Origin: Bdellovibrionia bacterium
Lineage (GTDB): Bacteria; Bdellovibrionota; UBA1018
DNA: 30,776 nt
Direction of reading: 5' to 3'
Assembly (NCBI GenBank): GCA_045805065.1
Contig: JBJMMA010000153.1
Location: 1-30,776, forward strand
Positions within the stretch are counted from its first letter, which is position 1, and each line of letters begins with the position of its first letter. The notes beneath the pieces were generated by a model. That model worked only from the letters and a program-made list of their open reading frames with translations. It did not search any database and had not been told where the DNA came from. The position numbers were made by a program, and so were the translations under genes. Shown one piece after another: positions 7,447 to 15,857 of this stretch.

Positions 7447-8646
7447 TCAGGCCGCCTCCCGTTGCGGATCAAATGCGACGCGTACGCAGCCCTCTTTCTT
7501 TTCCTTAAAAAGTGAATAGCCGTGAGGACCTTCTTCCAGACTCATCGTATGAGTCAGGATATAGCTGGGGTCGAGCTTTCCCTGGCGGACTAGATCGATG
7601 AGAGTGGGGATGTACTTCTGAGCATATGCGCCAGAGGCCTTGAGGGTCAGTGATTTATGCATCAGGACGCCAAATGGGAATTTGTCGGCGAGACCGTAAA
7701 CACCGACAACCGAAAGGCGCCCCCCCTTTGCACAGCAGTGAATCGCCTGACGAAGAGCTTGGGCGCGATCTGTTTCCATTCGAAGCGCTTGCTTGACTCG
7801 GTCGTAGGCGTAACTGATGCCAGTGCCATGACCTTCCATCCCAACGGCGTCAATGCATGCATCTGGCCCGCGACCGCCGGTCATCTCCAACAGAGCTCCT
7901 GGAATATCGACTTGCTCATAATTCAGAGTCTCAGCATGACCATAGTCGCGTGCCATCTGCAGACGCTCGGGTACGCGGTCGATCGCAATGACTCTTTCTG
8001 CTCCCAGAAGATTTGCGCTTTGAATGGCCATTTGGCCAACTCCTCCACATCCCCAAACAACTACGGTGTCTCCTGGACGGATATCGCACAGTGATGCACC
8101 GGTGTAGCCTGTCGGTGCGGCGTCGGTCAGAAGTACTGCTTGCTCGTCACTGATCTCGTCAGGAAGAACAAAGGCTCCGTGGTCAGCAAACGGAACGCGG
8201 ATGTATTCTGCATGGCTTCCGGTAAATCCTCCTAACGCATACGTGTAACCATAAACTCCGCCGACCTCTTGCCCGAGCACTTTTTCTTGGAAGGCCTGAG
8301 GGGCATTAGGTACATCGGCAGGGTTCGCATTGTCGCAAAGTGGCCATTGATCGTGCTGGCAAAAATAGCAGCCTCCGCACCCAATGATTGCGGCCACGGC
8401 AACCCGATCGCCCTTCTTCAACTTACGAACGTCCTTTCCGATTTCCACGACTTCACCAATGAACTCATGACCGAGAATCTCGCCATGCCGCACTGTAGGA
8501 ATAAGGCCATCAATGATGTGAAGGTCAGATCCGCAAGCCGACGACAACTTGACTCGAATGATGGCGTCTCGAGGATCTCTTATTTGAGGATCAGGTACGT
8601 TTTCGACCTTAAGCTTATTGATGCCTTCCCAGCAGAGCGCTTTCAT
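7447..8646 (-). CDS. Zinc-dependent alcohol dehydrogenase (formaldehyde dehydrogenase-like, YbdR-type)
   Basis: CGSDLH and GHEF catalytic Zn motifs, CGGCYFC..C structural Zn site, VWGCGGVG NAD-binding motif, GRGPDACIDAVGME. Confidence 0.92.
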   Translation of the reverse strand: MKALCWEGINKLKVENVPDPQIRDPRDAIIRVKLSSACGSDLHIIDGLIPTVRHGEILGHEFIGEVVEIGKDVRKLKKGDRVAVAAIIGCGGCYFCQHDQWPLCDNANPADVPNAPQAFQEKVLGQEVGGVYGYTYALGGFTGSHAEYIRVPFADHGAFVLPDEISDEQAVLLTDAAPTGYTGASLCDIRPGDTVVVWGCGGVGQMAIQSANLLGAERVIAIDRVPERLQMARDYGHAETLNYEQVDIPGALLEMTGGRGPDACIDAVGMEGHGTGISYAYDRVKQALRMETDRAQALRQAIHCCAKGGRLSVVGVYGLADKFPFGVLMHKSLTLKASGAYAQKYIPTLIDLVRQGKLDPSYILTHTMSLEEGPHGYSLFKEKKEGCVRVAFDPQREAA

Positions 8647-8665
8647 ACGGATTGCCTCTCATGAC

Positions 8666-9184
8666 TCAGGTTATATAGGCTTTCCTCTTTCCTGCAGAAG
8701 CTGGGCCTTTGGACTCGTGGCGGACGAGCTTTTTGGAAGCCGTGGGTGAGGCGATTCTCTTCTCAAAATCCGGATAGCTGTTTGTAACTTTATCTGTCTT
8801 GGCTTTGAACCACTTCTTAGCAAGGAGAAGGACCATTTCACGATGGCAGCGCTGACCGACTCGGCAGCTGCAGATGAAATAGACGTCTTTCTTTTTGCTC
8901 ATTTCTGAGAAGTGCTTGAGGAGTTCGTAGCCTTTCTCGCTAATCGTGAATCGCTTATCATAGTGAACGCGCTCAAACGCGCCATCATGATCATCGTACT
9001 TGCGCTTGGCCGAAAGCCAGTCCTCATGGAGCTTGGGTTCCGGTGACATCTCGGGCGTGTATTCATCACGATAAGAGCGATTCACAAATCGAGGATACCT
9101 TCGCATCGTGATGACGATGTAGGTATTTCTGCCGCGAGATACGCGATCCATGATCAAGTCAGAGACTGAGGCTTGTTTCAGCAT
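8666..9184 (-). CDS. DUF488-like (YeaO-related) protein
   Basis: MRRYPRFV...EMSPEPKL and C-terminal YFICSCRVGQRCHREMV (C-x7-CHR) pattern, followed by a basic tail. Confidence 0.65.
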   Translation of the reverse strand: MLKQASVSDLIMDRVSRGRNTYIVITMRRYPRFVNRSYRDEYTPEMSPEPKLHEDWLSAKRKYDDHDGAFERVHYDKRFTISEKGYELLKHFSEMSKKKDVYFICSCRVGQRCHREMVLLLAKKWFKAKTDKVTNSYPDFEKRIASPTASKKLVRHESKGPASAGKRKAYIT

Positions 9185-9224
9185 AGTGGGCTCCTGGGCC
9201 GGACTTACCTGAATTGAGATTCAA

Positions 9225-9842
9225 CTAAGCGGCTCGTTTGGTTTTGCTCTTAGTTACAAGTCGAATAGGACCAGACCCGGTAGTCTGTCTCACTGGTCTT
9301 TTAGTGGGTTGAGTGGCGGGGCGAGAAGCTGAACGCTTTTCTGTGCCTGACGTCATCTCAGTGTACTTTTCAGCAAGCTCATCGCGTTTAGGTTTATAGA
9401 CCGCATTGAAAAAGCGCTGTTGGTTCTGAAGATCTCTGTCATCTGACTCTTCGATGATGTGACGCGCTTCTTTCCAAGCTTGGTTCCATTGATCGCCAAA
9501 GCGAGCTTTGATCTGGCGATCGAATTCGTAAGGAGTCTGCACTTCTCCTCCCATTTGAAAACGGAGCTTTCCACCAGGGCCACTCGCAGCAAGGTTTCCT
9601 CTTTCACCGCCTAATACGTAGAACTGATCAGGTCGGATGCGTTTTCTTTCTTCGGCTTCAGCCTCCCCGCCAGGAGATAAGTATTGAGCTCTTTTTTTTC
9701 TGAACCCGTGTCTTGCGGCAGCGTAGAAGATGGCGCGATTCAAGCCCCAGCTTTTTGCTTCGTCAACTCTTAGGCCCAGTCGCACAGCTCGTGCGGCTTG
9801 AAGAAGCGCCATGATCTGAAATCGTCTCACTCCTTGCGCCAT
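9225..9842 (-). CDS. Uncharacterised protein, paralog A (LQAARA..SWGLNRAIFY family), basic C-terminal tail
   Basis: 205-aa ORF overlapping the ligD end by 16 nt; colinear similarity to 12382..13023 supports it as coding. Confidence 0.85.
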   Translation of the reverse strand: MAQGVRRFQIMALLQAARAVRLGLRVDEAKSWGLNRAIFYAAARHGFRKKRAQYLSPGGEAEAEERKRIRPDQFYVLGGERGNLAASGPGGKLRFQMGGEVQTPYEFDRQIKARFGDQWNQAWKEARHIIEESDDRDLQNQQRFFNAVYKPKRDELAEKYTEMTSGTEKRSASRPATQPTKRPVRQTTGSGPIRLVTKSKTKRAA

Positions 9843-12289
9843 TTGTTTTCTCCATGTTCTAAAAGGTTTTTCATTGGATCCTGACGAAGTCGCCGTAATT
9901 TCCTTAAAACGGATTTCATGTCAAAGCGGGTAGGATTCAGGCGAGCCGTTAGATCTTCCCAGGCAAGCGGCATTGATACCGTTGCGTTAGGAACTCCGCG
10001 CAGTACAAAAGGTGGAACGAAATGATGACCTCTCGCGTTCTGCATGACATCGAGGTAGACCTTGCCTTCGCGTTTGTGTTTTGCTCTTTCCAGAGTTGAG
10101 ATCTCACCACACCTCTTTTCAAGTTCGGTGGCGATTTCCAACGCCCAATTTCTGGCATCATCATGGGTTCCTGTCTGGGTCCAGGATGTCAGGATATGGA
10201 GCCCGGACTTTCCAGAAGTCTTTAAGTAAGAGGGAATGCCTTGGTCGTTGAGCAGATCATGAAGCTCACGCGCCAGTGTGATGACATGCCGAAAGGGCGC
10301 ATCACCTGGATCAAGATCAAAGAGCACAAAATCAGGATGATCGAGATGATCGATCGTCGACGCCCAGATATGAAAAGTGAGCGCTCCTTGATTGACCAGA
10401 TAAAGAAGCGTGTCCAAATCGTTTACAAGGACATATCGGACAGGTTTTCCAGTTTCTGAAGACAGCTCTGCTCGAGGAATCCAGTCTGGATAATAGGCAG
10501 GCGTGTTCTTCTGCCAGAAGTGAGGAGAGTCTTCCGCTATGCCCTCAGGAAAACGCTCCAGAGTAACGGGTCTATTTTTCAGATAGGGAAGAAGGTAAGG
10601 CGAGATGGCGCGGTAGTACTCAAGGATGTCTCCCTTTGTGATGTCTTTCTCGGGAAACATGATTTTGTCAGGGTGAGTGAATGCAATCTCTCGATCTGGC
10701 TGAATGATCTTTTCTTTGGCTTTGATCAAAAGCCACTGAGGTTTTGATCCTACTTCACGAAGCGCCATTCGAACGAGAGCAAAATCTCCCTTGAGCCGTC
10801 TTCCATGAAGCTTGAAATGAATCTTCCCGCTCTCATAGGCACTTGCAAAGTTCTCGGGCCCATCAAAGGTTCCCTTGTCCCAAATCTCCACATCACCGCC
10901 GCCATACTGACCTTCGGGAATATGTCCTTCAAAACGCGCGTATTCGAGTGGATGATCCTCAACTTCAACGGCCAGGCGTCGGATCGATGGGTCAAGTGAG
11001 GGCTCTTTAGTGACCGCCCAGCTTTTCAGTACGCCCTCGGACTCCAGGCGAAAATCCCAATGCAGGCGCGTAGCGTGATGCTTTTGAATCACGAAAAGCG
11101 GTTTCTTGGGCTTTGCTTGTGGTGGCACTCTCGGATTCTTGCCAGAAGGTTCCTGCGTCTTGCTGAAGTCACGCATCTGTTGATACCGATTCAGCGCATC
11201 GAGTTCCTTTTTGGATAGATGTTTCGGAGTCTCTCGCCGAACCTCCTCAGGATTTTTATCCATTCTGAGGCCTTCAAATCGCGGGTGGCGGAGCATCCCA
11301 TGGTGAGTCCAGCTCCCAAATTCAACCTCGGCGACGAGCAGAGGCTCCACCCAATGAACGTCTGTTCCCATATCCGTATCCGGATCAGAGAGTGGCGCTC
11401 TCTGTCGGGTGATGCGATCCAGCCTGCTGCGAAGGTCCCTCAAAATCGTAGTGTCAAAGCCCGTGCCCACTTTTCCAGCGTAGATGAGTTTCTTTCCATC
11501 ATCCGAGTAATAGGCAACAAGAAGAGCACCCAGGCCCGGCCTGCTGCCTTTGGGGTCTGTGTATCCAATGATGACGAACTCCTGGCGATGAGTGCACTTG
11601 ATCTTCACCCAATCGCCGCCGCGACTTCCCACGTAGAGTCCATTTTTCCTCTTGGCGACGATCCCTTCGCCATGGGCCTTACAGGTTTTTGTGAAAAAGC
11701 TCTTTCCCTTCTCTTCATGGATTTCAGTCCTGCGAAGGCGTTGATCCCACTTTACGGCAGCGTTTAAGAGCAGCTTTCTTCTGAAAAGTGGAAGCTGAGT
11801 GACTTCAAAGCGATCCACGTAGAGAATGTCGAAGAAGTAGGCGAAAGCAGGATGTTGTTTAGCCCGTGCTTCGACCATTCCTGTATCTTCAATGTGGAGG
11901 CGTTGCTGGAGCTCTTTAAAGCTGGATTGGCCTTGCGAATCCAGACAGACGATCTCGCCGTCCAGAAGAGCAGGATACTTAAGAGACTTCTTAAGCGCCT
12001 GAACGATTTCTGGGAATTGAAGCTCCTGGCGATTGCCGTTGCGGCTGAACAGATAGACGTCTTCGCCGTCAAACTGACAGAGGATGCGCAGACCATCAAA
12101 CTTTGTTTCAAAGATCCATTCCGGATCATCAAAGGGCTCCTCCACGGCAGTGCAAAGCATCAGTCCTGTGGAATCAGGCATCGGTACTGGATCCATCTCT
12201 CGAGCCAAATCTTCGATCGGATTCGGTGAGCTATGCGAATCAGGAGACTCTGATTTGACGATTCGAAGTGGGCGTTTTCGGGAAGGCAT
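9827..12289 (-). CDS. ligD: Multifunctional NHEJ DNA ligase D, domain order LIG-PE-POL
   Basis: Ligase motif I ETKFDG (Lys codon 12101-12103), EGIVAKR, WVKIK and OB domain LRHPRFEGLR; then phosphoesterase FVIQKHHATRLHWDFRLE...VEDHPLEY; then AEP polymerase THPDK...RFPEG...FDLDPG...SGKSGLH...YLDVMQN. ATG 12289 preferred. Confidence 0.95.
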   Translation of the reverse strand: MPSRKRPLRIVKSESPDSHSSPNPIEDLAREMDPVPMPDSTGLMLCTAVEEPFDDPEWIFETKFDGLRILCQFDGEDVYLFSRNGNRQELQFPEIVQALKKSLKYPALLDGEIVCLDSQGQSSFKELQQRLHIEDTGMVEARAKQHPAFAYFFDILYVDRFEVTQLPLFRRKLLLNAAVKWDQRLRRTEIHEEKGKSFFTKTCKAHGEGIVAKRKNGLYVGSRGGDWVKIKCTHRQEFVIIGYTDPKGSRPGLGALLVAYYSDDGKKLIYAGKVGTGFDTTILRDLRSRLDRITRQRAPLSDPDTDMGTDVHWVEPLLVAEVEFGSWTHHGMLRHPRFEGLRMDKNPEEVRRETPKHLSKKELDALNRYQQMRDFSKTQEPSGKNPRVPPQAKPKKPLFVIQKHHATRLHWDFRLESEGVLKSWAVTKEPSLDPSIRRLAVEVEDHPLEYARFEGHIPEGQYGGGDVEIWDKGTFDGPENFASAYESGKIHFKLHGRRLKGDFALVRMALREVGSKPQWLLIKAKEKIIQPDREIAFTHPDKIMFPEKDITKGDILEYYRAISPYLLPYLKNRPVTLERFPEGIAEDSPHFWQKNTPAYYPDWIPRAELSSETGKPVRYVLVNDLDTLLYLVNQGALTFHIWASTIDHLDHPDFVLFDLDPGDAPFRHVITLARELHDLLNDQGIPSYLKTSGKSGLHILTSWTQTGTHDDARNWALEIATELEKRCGEISTLERAKHKREGKVYLDVMQNARGHHFVPPFVLRGVPNATVSMPLAWEDLTARLNPTRFDMKSVLRKLRRLRQDPMKNLLEHGENKWRKE

Positions 12290-12309
12290 AAGTTTGTCTT
12301 CTAATATGG

Positions 12310-12325
12310 AGCAAGGGCCGTTCCT
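12310..12325 (-). promoter_or_regulatory. Putative sigma54-type promoter for the ligD operon (AGGAACGGCCCTTGCT)
   Basis: GGAACG-N4-TTGC, close to the TGGCACG-N4-TTGC consensus, 21 nt upstream of ATG 12289. Confidence 0.55.
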
Positions 12326-12353
12326 CAAAGCCAGCGGCTATTGATCGATCCGC

Positions 12354-12369
12354 TGGATAACAACTTGCA
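12354..12369 (+). promoter_or_regulatory. Putative sigma54-type promoter for paralog B (TGGATAACAACTTGCA)
   Basis: TGG-N8-TTGCA, back-to-back with the ligD site. Confidence 0.45.
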
Positions 12370-12381
12370 ACAATGGAGCCT

Positions 12382-13023
12382 ATGATCAAGCTAGTGCATA
12401 GTCGGTCGCACGCACCGGTAAAAAAGAAATCCAGCTCGAAATCAAAGTCGAAAAAACCCCAGCTTAGATTGGTGCGTAATGAGCCTCCTAGGCCAACAAA
12501 GGATTTGGTCTCAGGTGTGAGTGAATTTTACGTCCACGCTGTTTTGCAGGCCGCACGAGCGCAAAGTCTGGGTCTTGATATGGATTCCGCGAAAAGCTGG
12601 GCACTCAATCGCGCCATTTTCTATGAAGCCGCAAAAAAAGGATACATTCACAGGGGCAGAAGAAAGGCGTCGCCAGGAAATTCGTCCTCGGGTAGCGCTC
12701 CAAAGAAGAGGCAGAACTTTGGTCAGCTCTATTCACTGGGCAACGAAAAAGCCTATGCCGTCGAGACACAGGATGGTGGTGTCAGGTTTGTCATTGGCGG
12801 GCAGGTGCAAAGTCCTGATGCTTTTGACAAGCAGATTCGCCGCCGCTTCAGAGATTGGAAATTGGTCTGGTCAGAGGCTATGGAGCTCATGGATCAAGCG
12901 GGCCCAGCAGTTCTAAAGTCCGCATCGAGATTCCATGCTCAGGTTTACAAGCGTTGGAGGGACTTGCTTCGAACGCGATGGCCGCAGGGAGAGAGTGCAA
13001 TCCAAGAGATTCGTGCAGCATAA
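12382..13023 (+). CDS. Uncharacterised protein, paralog B (LQAARA..SWALNRAIFY family), basic N-terminal tail
   Basis: Divergent from ligD and aligns along its length with 9225..9842. Start is ATG 12373 or 12382; GGAG precedes the latter. Confidence 0.85.
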   Translation: MIKLVHSRSHAPVKKKSSSKSKSKKPQLRLVRNEPPRPTKDLVSGVSEFYVHAVLQAARAQSLGLDMDSAKSWALNRAIFYEAAKKGYIHRGRRKASPGNSSSGSAPKKRQNFGQLYSLGNEKAYAVETQDGGVRFVIGGQVQSPDAFDKQIRRRFRDWKLVWSEAMELMDQAGPAVLKSASRFHAQVYKRWRDLLRTRWPQGESAIQEIRAA

Positions 13024-13024
13024 A

Positions 13025-14014
13025 TCAGGTACGACAAATCTCAGCGATGAGCTCAAATGATCGGACTCGTGCCGTGTGATCAAAGATATGTGATGTGATC
13101 ATGAGTTCATCCGCACCGGTTCTTGTAATAAACTCATCCATTTTAGCGCGCACCGTTTTTGGTGATCCCATAGCCGTGCAGCTCAAGGCTTGATCAAGAA
13201 TTGAGTGCTCCATCGGGGTGAGCTGGCTCAAGTAGTCGCGCACGGGTGGTTTAAGCCGAGTAGGGCGTCCTGTTCTTAGGGCCACAAAGGATTGTTGGAC
13301 GGAGCTTGCGAGGAAAGCTCCTTCTTCATCCGTATCTGCTGCAAAGACATTAAAGCCCAGCATGACATAAGGGCGATCCAGCTGCGCAGAAGGTTTGAAC
13401 CGCTCGCGATAAAGCTCGAGCGCAGGCATGAGCATCGCTGGCGCAAAATGCGAGGCAAATGCATAGGGAAGTCCAAGTTCAGCGGCCACTTGAGCACCAA
13501 ACAAGCTGGAGCCCAGAATCCAGATCGGTATATGGAGCCCTTCGCCTGGAATCGCTCGAACAGGGCGAAATCCCTGCGTTTGAGGCTGAAAGTAGTTCAT
13601 CAGCTCCATGACGTCTTGTGGAAACTCGTCAGGATTGGTGTCGAGTGTTCTACGAAGCGCGCGTGCCGTGATTTGATCGGATCCCGGCGCACGTCCCAGT
13701 CCGAGGTCAATTCGGCCGGGGAACAAAGACTCCAACGTGCCAAATTGCTCAGCAACAACCAGTGGCGCGTGATTGGGCAACATAATGCCGCCCGCGCCAA
13801 CGCGAATTGAAGATGTGTTGCTTGCCACGTGCGCGATCAGGATTTCAGTCGCGGAACTCGCGATGCCAGGCATGCTGTGATGCTCAGCAAGCCAGTATCG
13901 ACGATAGCCCCATTGTTCAGTCTTCTTGGCGAGATCAACGGTGTTGCGAAATGACTGAGCGGCATCGCCACCTTCGGTAATCGGACAAAGGTCTAATACA
14001 GAGATAGGCTTCAT
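13025..14014 (-). CDS. LLM-class flavin-dependent oxidoreductase (luciferase-like, YhbW-type)
   Basis: [62 protein letters not shown] 14014 overlaps the upstream stop (ATGA). Confidence 0.93.
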   Translation of the reverse strand: MKPISVLDLCPITEGGDAAQSFRNTVDLAKKTEQWGYRRYWLAEHHSMPGIASSATEILIAHVASNTSSIRVGAGGIMLPNHAPLVVAEQFGTLESLFPGRIDLGLGRAPGSDQITARALRRTLDTNPDEFPQDVMELMNYFQPQTQGFRPVRAIPGEGLHIPIWILGSSLFGAQVAAELGLPYAFASHFAPAMLMPALELYRERFKPSAQLDRPYVMLGFNVFAADTDEEGAFLASSVQQSFVALRTGRPTRLKPPVRDYLSQLTPMEHSILDQALSCTAMGSPKTVRAKMDEFITRTGADELMITSHIFDHTARVRSFELIAEICRT

Positions 14015-14712
14015 CTTCCATTCCTCATCCATTCAACCATTGCTTTTGTAACAAGCTCGGGTTGATCCAGCGTGGCCGCATGGCCACATTCGGATAGTTC
14101 AATATAGCGAGATCCCGCGATTCCTTTTGCGATCTCCTGGAGGCGATCGGGAGGCGTCTGTTTGTCATTGGATCCTGAAATGACCCAAGTAGGACAGCGA
14201 ATGCTTTCAAGCAATGGGCGGGAATCCTGTCGACTCATGATTGCACGCAACTGGCGAATATACGTTTCGGCTCCGACTTCTTCTGCCATTTTGAAGAGCT
14301 GATTGCACAGTCCTGTGTCATTCGCGTGATGCAGCAGGGCCGGCATCGTGGCCCGAATGAGCTTTGAGTATCCTCCCGCTTGCGCGATCGCGATTTGATC
14401 CGTACGATTTTTGGTTTGTTCAGGAGTATCAGGACGGGCGGTCGTGGATATAAGCGCAAGCTTGGTGACTCGCTCAGGCGCCTTGCGCAGGATTTCAAAC
14501 GCGATGTACCCGCCCATGGAGAGCCCTGCGAGCGCAAACCGTGGTGGAGCGTTTTCAAGAATACTTCGTGCGATCTCGGAAATGGTCTCATGTTTCCGGT
14601 GATCAGCAATAGTCACGGGCCCAAATTGCCAGAGCGCAGGAATCTGCTCCGCATACATTTGAGGAGTGCATGCTAACGCTGGGATCAAGATCACGGGCGT
14701 GGACTGAATCAC
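14011..14712 (-). CDS. Alpha/beta-fold hydrolase
   Basis: Nucleophile elbow GLSMGG, acid GSND, His in CGH. Confidence 0.9.
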   Translation of the reverse strand: MIQSTPVILIPALACTPQMYAEQIPALWQFGPVTIADHRKHETISEIARSILENAPPRFALAGLSMGGYIAFEILRKAPERVTKLALISTTARPDTPEQTKNRTDQIAIAQAGGYSKLIRATMPALLHHANDTGLCNQLFKMAEEVGAETYIRQLRAIMSRQDSRPLLESIRCPTWVISGSNDKQTPPDRLQEIAKGIAGSRYIELSECGHAATLDQPELVTKAMVEWMRNGR

Positions 14713-14713
14713 T

Positions 14714-15106
14714 CTATTTGCGCCTCTCTTTGGTCCATCGGCTTCTCAGGACGGATTCCGCAGGCTGCTTTTTCACCCATCTGACAAATTTATTCATCTC
14801 CGGATGAGAGAGCAGCCTTTCAAAGGTGTGGTACTCCTTTTCCAGCTCTTTTTCAGTAAATACTGAGTGAATCTTCTGGTGACATGTCTTGTGAATCACA
14901 TACTTTTCGCGTCCGCCCAGCGACTTTGGCACCAGGTGATGCTCATTGAGTGATGGTCCAGGCATCACTTCCCGCCCGCACAAAGGACAAGCGTCGTCTT
15001 TCGGCCATTTCGCTGCAAGCTCGATACTTTTCTTAGGAGCTAAATCATCGGCCTTATCAGGATTTAGGGTCTTTTGTTTCGAGCGGCTTCTTCTGGTCCG
15101 AGTCAT
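14714..15106 (-). CDS. Small HNH endonuclease-like protein (YisB-type)
   Basis: CPLCGR...NEHHLVPKSLGG...HKTCHQKIH...FVRWVKK. Confidence 0.85.
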   Translation of the reverse strand: MTRTRRSRSKQKTLNPDKADDLAPKKSIELAAKWPKDDACPLCGREVMPGPSLNEHHLVPKSLGGREKYVIHKTCHQKIHSVFTEKELEKEYHTFERLLSHPEMNKFVRWVKKQPAESVLRSRWTKERRK

Positions 15107-15189
15107 AGGAGCAAGGATGAGAGAATCACATTTAGTGTTTGGCCAGGCGTAGCAATTTCACTGACTTGGGCTAGAAATTAATTCTTGCC

Positions 15190-15217
15190 CATTAATCTAC
15201 CATCTGATAGATTAATG
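15190..15217. promoter_or_regulatory. Inverted repeat CATTAATCTA-N8-TAGATTAATG, TetR operator 1
   Basis: 10-bp perfect arms immediately before TetR ATG 15221; core ATCTACCATCTGATAGAT. Confidence 0.8.
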
Positions 15218-15220
15218 CCT

Positions 15221-15811
15221 ATGGGACGACCTACTCTCCAAGAAAGCAAAGATACAAAGGCAGAATTGCTTCAGGTCGGTTTGGATTTGATCCAAACTCG
15301 CGGGTACAACGCCTTTAGCTATCAGGATCTTGCTGATCGTCTCAATATTCGCAAGGCAAGCATTCATTACTATTTTCCCAGCAAAGAGGATTTAGGCATC
15401 GGTCTCATGGAACACGGGATTGAAAGACTGAAGGCCTGGCAGCAAAAGCACAACGATCCAAATCTTTCTGCACTGACTCGGTTGGAAGCTTATTTTGATT
15501 ACTTTGCAATGCTCTCAGCGAGTGGAACGAAAATCTGTCCTTGCGGAGCGCTCATGTCAGATTGGGGTGCGTTGCCTCCTAAGCTGCAGGGAGCCGTTTC
15601 AAAGCTGCTTACAACCCATCGCGAATGGGTGAAAGCGACTTTAGAAAGCGGGCGGAAGTCAGGAGAGATCGCTAAAAACGGAACGGCTGAAGAGCAGGCA
15701 ATGTTTGTTTTTGCTTCTCTTCAGGGCGCGCTCCAGGCCAGCCGAGCGCAAAGTAGTCCTGCGTATTTTCGGGCGATCACCAGGCAGCTTCTCAGCGCAT
15801 TAAAAGCATAG
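15221..15811 (+). CDS. TetR/AcrR-family regulator (NemR-like)
   Basis: GYNAFSYQDLADRLNIRKASIHYYFPSKEDL HTH and ICPCG motif. ATG 15221 (MGRP) preferred. Confidence 0.92.
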   Translation: MGRPTLQESKDTKAELLQVGLDLIQTRGYNAFSYQDLADRLNIRKASIHYYFPSKEDLGIGLMEHGIERLKAWQQKHNDPNLSALTRLEAYFDYFAMLSASGTKICPCGALMSDWGALPPKLQGAVSKLLTTHREWVKATLESGRKSGEIAKNGTAEEQAMFVFASLQGALQASRAQSSPAYFRAITRQLLSALKA

Positions 15812-15831
15812 TAAAAAAATTTGGGAGTAAA

Positions 15832-15849
15832 ATCTACCTGTTAGTAGAT
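15832..15849. promoter_or_regulatory. Inverted repeat ATCTAC-N6-GTAGAT, TetR operator 2
   Basis: ATCTACCTGTTAGTAGAT matches the core of operator 1 and sits directly upstream of the TolC gene. Confidence 0.7.
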
Positions 15850-15857
15850 AGATAAAT

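Noticed and set aside
11219..12344. Long antisense ORFs within ligD (182, 125 and 86 aa) and similar ones inside the LLM, EmrA and MCP genes
   Set aside because: They have no recognisable motifs and lie opposite well-supported genes, as expected for shadow ORFs.
9225..13023. Calling either ligD-flanking paralog a Ku protein
   Set aside because: Neither has the Ku N-terminal W.G.I.FGLV.IPV-type motif or a beta-rich core; only the basic tails are reminiscent.
14714..15106. HNH gene as a homing endonuclease, defence nuclease or part of the LigD system
   Set aside because: It is a small YisB-type stand-alone HNH at the head of a hydrolase/LLM run, with no mobile or defence context and no direct linkage to ligD.
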